From Bacilli bacterium (GTDB lineage: Bacteria > Bacillota_I > Bacilli_A > RF39 > UBA660): a stretch of DNA of 64,000 nt. The stretch is from positions 4,081-68,080 of the forward strand of contig JBBAFH010000003.1 in NCBI GenBank assembly GCA_041655535.1, read 5' to 3'. The position numbers were made by a program, and so were the translations under genes. Position 1 is the first letter of the stretch. Every line of letters begins with the position of its first letter. This document shows positions 58,663 to 64,000 of this stretch, piece after piece. Under the pieces are notes generated by a model. It had not been told where the DNA came from, ran no database searches, and saw nothing but the letters and a program-made list of their open reading frames with translations.

Positions 58663-60612
58663 ATGAAATTTGAACTTGTTTCCAAATATAAACCAGCAGG
58701 AGATCAACCTAAAGCGATTGAAGAGTTAATCAATAATATTAATAATAATGAGAAACATCAAGTTTTATTAGGTGCAACAGGAACGGGGAAAACTTTTACT
58801 GTAGCAAATGTAATTGCTAGTGTTAACAAAAAAACACTTGTTTTAGCACACAATAAAACTCTTGCAGGTCAATTATATAGTGAATTAAAAGAATTGTTTC
58901 CAAACAATAAAGTAGAATATTTTGTATCATATTACGATTACTATCAACCAGAAGCATATGTCGCGAAAACAGACACTTATATTGAAAAAGATGCTTCAAT
59001 CAATGACGAAATTGATGAACTTCGTCACTCGGCGACTTCAGCCTTACTTAATAATGATGATGTAATAGTAGTAGCATCGGTGTCTTGCATTTATGGTATT
59101 GGTGAAATAGATGAATATAAAAATAAAATGTTAACAATTAATGTTGGTGATAATGTTAATCGTAATGTAATTATTGAAAAATTAATAGATATGCTTTATG
59201 AAAGAAATAATATTGATCTAAAAAGAGGATCTTTTAGAGCACGCGGAGATATTTTAGAAATTGTTCCTATTAGTCAACACGGAAAGGCTATTAGAGTTGA
59301 TTTTTTTGGTGATGAAATCGAAAAAATTAATGAATTTGATATTTTAACTGGAGAACTACTATCAAATAAGAGATCAATCAGCATTTTTCCTGCCAGTCAT
59401 TTTGTAACTAGTGAGGAAAAGTTAAAAGTTGCTATTAAAAATATTAGAGAAGAATTAGAAGTCCAATTGTCAAAATTTAAACAAGAAGGAAAACTATTAG
59501 AATATCAACGTTTACAAGAACGAACTAATTATGATTTGGAGATGCTTACAGAAACAGGTTTTTGTCGTGGTGTAGAAAACTATGCAAGACATATCGCATT
59601 AAAAGAAGCAGGCGAAACACCAACGACTTTAATAGATTTTTTTGGTGATGATTTTTTAATGATAATAGATGAGTCTCACGTAACTATTCCTCAAATTGGT
59701 GGAATGTATAACGGTGACCAATCAAGAAAATCAACACTTGTTGATTTTGGGTTTAGACTTCCTAGTGCTAAGGATAATCGTCCTTTGAAATTTGAAGAAT
59801 TCGAAAAAAAATTAAAAAATGTAATTTATGTATCAGCAACCCCTGGAGATTACGAATTGCGTAAATCAGATAACAAAATAATTGAACAAATAATTCGTCC
59901 AACTGGTTTGTTAGATCCTCTAATTGAAATAAAACCAACTAAAGGTCAAATTGATAATTTAATAAGTAGTATTCATGATCAAATCGCCAAAAATGAAAGA
60001 ACCTTAATAACAACATTAACCATTAAAATGTCCGAAGAATTAACTGCTTACTTGAAAAAAATGGATATAAAGGTTGCTTATCTACACAGTGAAATAATAA
60101 CTCTTGAGAGATTAAAAATAATTAGAGATTTAAGACTAGGTAAATATGATGTTTTAGTTGGAATTAATTTATTAAGAGAAGGATTAGATATTCCAGAGGT
60201 TAGTTTAATTGCAATTTTAGATGCAGATAAACAAGGATTTCTGCGTAGTTCTAGAAGTTTGATTCAGACGATTGGACGTGCCGCTAGAAATTCTAATGGA
60301 AAAGTTATAATGTATGCAGATAAAATAAGTGATGCAATGGATGTAGCTATAAACGAGACGAATCGTCGTCGTTTAATTCAAGAAAAATATAACGAAGTAC
60401 ATCACATAACGCCACAAACAATAATTAAATCAGTAAGAGAGTTGATAAGCAATAACCAAGAACTCGAAGAAGTAAAACCGGAAAAATTAAGCAAGAAAGA
60501 TAAGATAAATTTAATAATGAATATTGAAGTTGAGATGCGTGAAGCTGCTAAAAACTTAGATTTTGAAAGAGCTACAGAATTAAGAGATATATTATTAGAA
60601 TTAAAGGGATAA
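58663..60612 (+). CDS. uvrB: Excinuclease ABC subunit B
   Basis: Contains GATGTGKT, the beta-hairpin [14 protein letters not shown], and a C-terminal UVR domain (FERATELRD). Confidence 0.97.
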   Translation: MKFELVSKYKPAGDQPKAIEELINNINNNEKHQVLLGATGTGKTFTVANVIASVNKKTLVLAHNKTLAGQLYSELKELFPNNKVEYFVSYYDYYQPEAYVAKTDTYIEKDASINDEIDELRHSATSALLNNDDVIVVASVSCIYGIGEIDEYKNKMLTINVGDNVNRNVIIEKLIDMLYERNNIDLKRGSFRARGDILEIVPISQHGKAIRVDFFGDEIEKINEFDILTGELLSNKRSISIFPASHFVTSEEKLKVAIKNIREELEVQLSKFKQEGKLLEYQRLQERTNYDLEMLTETGFCRGVENYARHIALKEAGETPTTLIDFFGDDFLMIIDESHVTIPQIGGMYNGDQSRKSTLVDFGFRLPSAKDNRPLKFEEFEKKLKNVIYVSATPGDYELRKSDNKIIEQIIRPTGLLDPLIEIKPTKGQIDNLISSIHDQIAKNERTLITTLTIKMSEELTAYLKKMDIKVAYLHSEIITLERLKIIRDLRLGKYDVLVGINLLREGLDIPEVSLIAILDADKQGFLRSSRSLIQTIGRAARNSNGKVIMYADKISDAMDVAINETNRRRLIQEKYNEVHHITPQTIIKSVRELISNNQELEEVKPEKLSKKDKINLIMNIEVEMREAAKNLDFERATELRDILLELKG

Positions 60613-60719
60613 GTAGAAATGTGTTATTTTAACACTTATGTTTTTTTTATAAAATATTGTAATAAAACTATAAATATTATATAATATAAAAGATAACAAA
60701 AATGCAATAAGGAGGAAAT

Positions 60720-61145
60720 ATGAAAATAGTAATAGTAAACAATCAATCTAAACGTCTTAATAGTTTTATTGATTGGTTAATTCATATGCTTGGGTATGCT
60801 TTGGTATTAATCGCGGTATCTTTAATTTTTAAAAAGACTATATATATAGATGATAGTTACTTTGGATTTTGGGGATTAATGGCTGCAATTATAATATACA
60901 TTTTAAATAAAACTATAAAACCAGTTTTAATTTGGTTAACATTACCAATCACTGGCTTAACATTAGGATTGTTTTATCCATTTATAAATGTATTTATTTT
61001 AAACATGGTTGATTTTATATTAGGAAATCACTTTAATATAGAAAATCTATTTATGAGTTTTATTGTTGCCATATGTATATCAGCAATGAATTTATTAATG
61101 GGTGCGTTAGTAATAGAACCAATACTAAGGAGGAATGCAAGATGA
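60720..61145 (+). CDS. YvlD-like membrane protein (phage holin 4_2 family fold)
   Basis: 141 aa with four TM segments. Contains IKPVLIWLTLPITGLTLGLFYPFINVFILNMV. Its stop overlaps the lgt start (ATGA). Confidence 0.6.
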   Translation: MKIVIVNNQSKRLNSFIDWLIHMLGYALVLIAVSLIFKKTIYIDDSYFGFWGLMAAIIIYILNKTIKPVLIWLTLPITGLTLGLFYPFINVFILNMVDFILGNHFNIENLFMSFIVAICISAMNLLMGALVIEPILRRNAR

Positions 61146-61957
61146 GTTCTATATTTTTAGATTTGGGCATTATCAAAATTTATTGGTACTCAGTTATAAT
61201 ATTAACTGGTTTACTAATAGGAGGAACAATGGCTATTAAGGAAGCAGGAAAATGGAAAATTAATGAAGATTTTATGATTAACTTATTTTTCTTTCTTATC
61301 CCTATATCAATAATTGGTGCCAGACTTTACTATGTAACATTCAATTTTGAATATTATAAAAATAATATAGTCGACATATTTAAAGTATGGGAGGGAGGAA
61401 TAGCAATTCACGGTGCTATTATCTTTGGTATTTTATTTATTATCTTCTATGCTAAAAAACACAAGGCAGATCTATTTAGATTATTAGATATAATTTCAGT
61501 AGGCATGCTTATTGGTCAAGCAATTGGTCGTTGGGGCAACTTTTTCAATCAAGAAGCTCATGGAGCGGCAACAACTCTTGAATTTTTAAACAGTATACAT
61601 ATTCCACAATTTATAATTGATGGGATGAAAATAAATGGTGTCTACTATCATCCTACATTTTTATATGAATCGTTATGGTGTTTAGTTGGATTTTTCTTAA
61701 TTTTACTTATTCGCCGTTATAGATATGTTAAAATTGGACAAATAACTGCCTTTTACTTAATGTGGTATGGAATCGGAAGATTCTTTATAGAAAGTCTTAG
61801 AACTGATAGTTTAATGTTTAATGATTTGAAAATGGCTCAAATTGCCTCTATTTCAATGGTAGTAACGGGTATAATTTTATTTATCTTTAAGAAGCGTGGT
61901 TCAAAACTAAGTAATTTATATAATGATGAGGAGAATGTTGAAGATGTCAAATTTTGA
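61142..61957 (+). CDS. lgt: Prolipoprotein diacylglyceryl transferase
   Basis: Start is ATG at 61142 (SD AGGAGGAA). Contains YWYSVIILTG, WEGGIAIHG, and GRWGNFFNQEAHG. Confidence 0.93.
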   Translation: MSSIFLDLGIIKIYWYSVIILTGLLIGGTMAIKEAGKWKINEDFMINLFFFLIPISIIGARLYYVTFNFEYYKNNIVDIFKVWEGGIAIHGAIIFGILFIIFYAKKHKADLFRLLDIISVGMLIGQAIGRWGNFFNQEAHGAATTLEFLNSIHIPQFIIDGMKINGVYYHPTFLYESLWCLVGFFLILLIRRYRYVKIGQITAFYLMWYGIGRFFIESLRTDSLMFNDLKMAQIASISMVVTGIILFIFKKRGSKLSNLYNDEENVEDVKF

Positions 61958-62849
61958 TTGTGTTGTAATCGGCAGCGGACCATCTGGGATGACAGCAGCA
62001 ATCTATTTAAGACGCGCAAATTTGAATGTGGCAATAATTGAAAAGAGTGCTCCTGGTGGGCTGATGAATAATATTATTAATATTGAAAATTATCCAGGAT
62101 TTACTAGAGTTGAGGGACCTACTTTGTCAATGAAGATGAATAAACAAGTTACTGACTTAAACGTCACATACAAGTATGGAAATGTTGTTTCGGTTGAAAA
62201 TTATGGTGATTACAAAATTGTAAAAACAGAAACAGAGGAAATAAAATGTAAATCAGTTATTGTGGCGAGCGGTCGGGTTCCACGAAAACTTGGATTAGAA
62301 AACGAAGACAAATTGATTGGTAGAGGAATTGGATTTTGCGCATTATGTGATGGTTTCTTCTTTAAGGATAAACCAGTTGCTATAGTTGGTGGCGGTAACG
62401 GTGCTGTAGAAGCAGCAATGTATTTATCAACTATTTGTTCAGAAGTTTTTTTAATTCATCGTCGTAATGAGTTAACTGCTGACAAAGCAACTATAGATAA
62501 ACTTAAAAGTCGTGAAAATATAAAGATAAAATATAATAGTGTAGTTAATACAATAATACCTGAAAACAACAAATTAAAAGCTATAAATATTTCTACGAAT
62601 AATCAAATAAGTAAATTAGAAATTGAAGGAATGTTTATTTATATTGGTCAAATTCCAGACACAAATTATTTAGTTAAATCGGGTGTCAAGTTAGAAAAAC
62701 AATATGTATTGGTTGATCCAACAATGAGAACTAATATAAAAAATATATATGCATGTGGTGATGTTATAAAAAAAGAAATATATCAAATAACTACTGCTAT
62801 AGGAGAAGGAACTATTGCTGCAACATCAGCTACAAAAGATATTAATTGA
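61944..62849 (+). CDS. trxB: Thioredoxin-disulfide reductase
   Basis: Start is ATG at 61944 (MSNFDCVVIGSGPSGMTAA). Contains the redox site CALCDG, GGGNGAVEAA, and ACGDV. Confidence 0.92.
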   Translation: MSNFDCVVIGSGPSGMTAAIYLRRANLNVAIIEKSAPGGLMNNIINIENYPGFTRVEGPTLSMKMNKQVTDLNVTYKYGNVVSVENYGDYKIVKTETEEIKCKSVIVASGRVPRKLGLENEDKLIGRGIGFCALCDGFFFKDKPVAIVGGGNGAVEAAMYLSTICSEVFLIHRRNELTADKATIDKLKSRENIKIKYNSVVNTIIPENNKLKAINISTNNQISKLEIEGMFIYIGQIPDTNYLVKSGVKLEKQYVLVDPTMRTNIKNIYACGDVIKKEIYQITTAIGEGTIAATSATKDIN

Positions 62850-62940
62850 AATATCTTTTTTATTAGGTTGATATCATAGATTTATTATCTAGTTTATGAT
62901 AAAATAATAAATAGATATACATATAGAAAATGGTGATAGA

Positions 62941-63726
62941 ATGGGAAAGATAATTTCACTAGTTAATCAAAAAGGTGGAGTTGGAAAAACAACATCAAGT
63001 ATAAATTTAGCAGCCTCATTAGGTATATTAAGAAAAAAAGTTTTATTGGTGGATTTAGATCCACAAGGTAATACAACCACCGGGATTGGTTTAAATAAAG
63101 CTGATGTTAAAAAAAGCATATATGATTTATTAATAGATGAAGCAACATTAAATGAAGTGATTGTAAAAACAAAATTCAAGAATTTATATGTAATTCCTGC
63201 GACTATAAATCTAGCAGGAGTAGACATTGAATTGATGGATAAAAGTCGCCAAGAACCTGGTTTTGCTAAAGGAGGCCAATTAAAAAAATATTTAAGTGAA
63301 ACAAAAGAAATGTTTGACTATATAATTATTGACTGTCCACCATCTTTAGGAATTTTAACAACTAACGCATTAACGGCTAGTGATTCAGTTATAATTCCAG
63401 TTCAATGTGAGTTTTTCGCCTTAGAAGGAATTATGCAATTATTAAACACAATTATGCTGGCTCAAAAAAATCTAAATCCAACTCTCGATATTGAGGGTGT
63501 ATTACTTACAATGTTAGATAGCAGAACTAAGTTAGGACTAGAAGTAGTTGAAGAAATTAAAAGCTATTTCAAGGAACGCGTATATGATACAATAATTCCA
63601 AGATTAGTTCGTTTATCAGAAGCACCAAGCCATGGTAAACCAATTCTAGCCTATGATCCACAAAGTCGTGGAACAGAAGCATATTTGAATTTAGCTAAGG
63701 AAGTGATTGAACGAAATGGAAAATAA
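62941..63726 (+). CDS. soj: Chromosome partitioning ATPase Soj/ParA
   Basis: Contains the deviant Walker A NQKGGVGKTT, DLDPQGN, and IIIDCPPSLG. Confidence 0.96.
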   Translation: MGKIISLVNQKGGVGKTTSSINLAASLGILRKKVLLVDLDPQGNTTTGIGLNKADVKKSIYDLLIDEATLNEVIVKTKFKNLYVIPATINLAGVDIELMDKSRQEPGFAKGGQLKKYLSETKEMFDYIIIDCPPSLGILTTNALTASDSVIIPVQCEFFALEGIMQLLNTIMLAQKNLNPTLDIEGVLLTMLDSRTKLGLEVVEEIKSYFKERVYDTIIPRLVRLSEAPSHGKPILAYDPQSRGTEAYLNLAKEVIERNGK

Positions 63727-64000
63727 AAAAAGAGCCCTTGGTATGGGATTGGAGCAACTTTTTAACAGTGAAAATTTAGATCTTGCTAGCGTTGAAAAAA
63801 AGATATACGAAACAGCAAATCGAGAAGAAATAATAGAAATTAATTTAAGTGAATTAAGACCTAATCCTTATCAACCACGTAAAGTGTTTGACGAAAATGC
63901 AATTAATGAATTAGCATCTTCAATAAAAGAACATGGTGTTTTTCAACCTATAATAATAAAAAAGACGATAAAAGGCTATGAAATAATTGCTGGTGAAAGA
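63716..64000 (+). CDS. spo0J: Chromosome partitioning protein Spo0J/ParB, 5'-partial (runs off the window)
   Basis: Not in the track because there is no stop in the window. ATG at 63716 overlaps the soj end. Translation is MENKKRALGMGLEQLF...LRPNPYQPRKVFDENAINELASSIKEHGVFQPIII...YEIIAGER. Confidence 0.9.
   Translation, partial: MENKKRALGMGLEQLFNSENLDLASVEKKIYETANREEIIEINLSELRPNPYQPRKVFDENAINELASSIKEHGVFQPIIIKKTIKGYEIIAGER

Noticed and set aside
60720-61145. Holin-family membrane protein as a sign of a prophage or lysis cassette
   Set aside because: No endolysin, integrase, terminase or other phage gene is adjacent. The gene is translationally coupled to lgt. It matches the chromosomal YvlD-type family found next to housekeeping genes in Bacilli.

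Overview
This window is the replication-origin region of a very AT-rich (by eye) Bacillota chromosome with Bacilli/Erysipelotrichia-like gene order. A bipartite oriC flanks dnaA at about 47.46-49.2 kb. To its left almost every gene is on the minus strand: dnaA-dnaN-[comK]-recF-gyrB-gyrA, ffs-tadA-dnaX-ybaB-recR-bofA-holB-yaaT-yabB-rsmI-pth-mfd, spoVT, a T-box-dut-metG operon, tatD, yabE-like, rsmA, ung, tilS, ftsH, a 12-tRNA cluster plus a separate tRNA-Ala, csp, hpf and secA. To its right every gene is on the plus strand: rpmH-rnpA-yidC-jag-HD-mnmE-[ATP-grasp]-mnmG-rsmG-noc-like, uvrB, yvlD-like, lgt, trxB, soj and a partial spo0J. Several features are not in the supplied ORF track: (i) an agr-type peptide quorum-sensing locus (agrB, an untracked 40-aa agrD, and a convergent LytTR regulator plus AgrC-like kinase); (ii) a 36-nt LytTR-style direct-repeat operator upstream of agrBD that recurs at 33/36 identity upstream of a comK gene wedged between dnaN and recF; (iii) four perfect tandem parS sites at 35-bp spacing downstream of gyrA; (iv) an open frame of at least 1357 codons (1-4073, minus strand, running off the window) encoding a prepilin-signal protein with about 10 tandem Ig-like repeats; (v) a short SRP RNA, a Met T-box leader, rpmH and several small ORFs. 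No CRISPR array, rRNA, transposon or prophage was seen. All calls come from reading the sequence by eye; no database search or computation was run.
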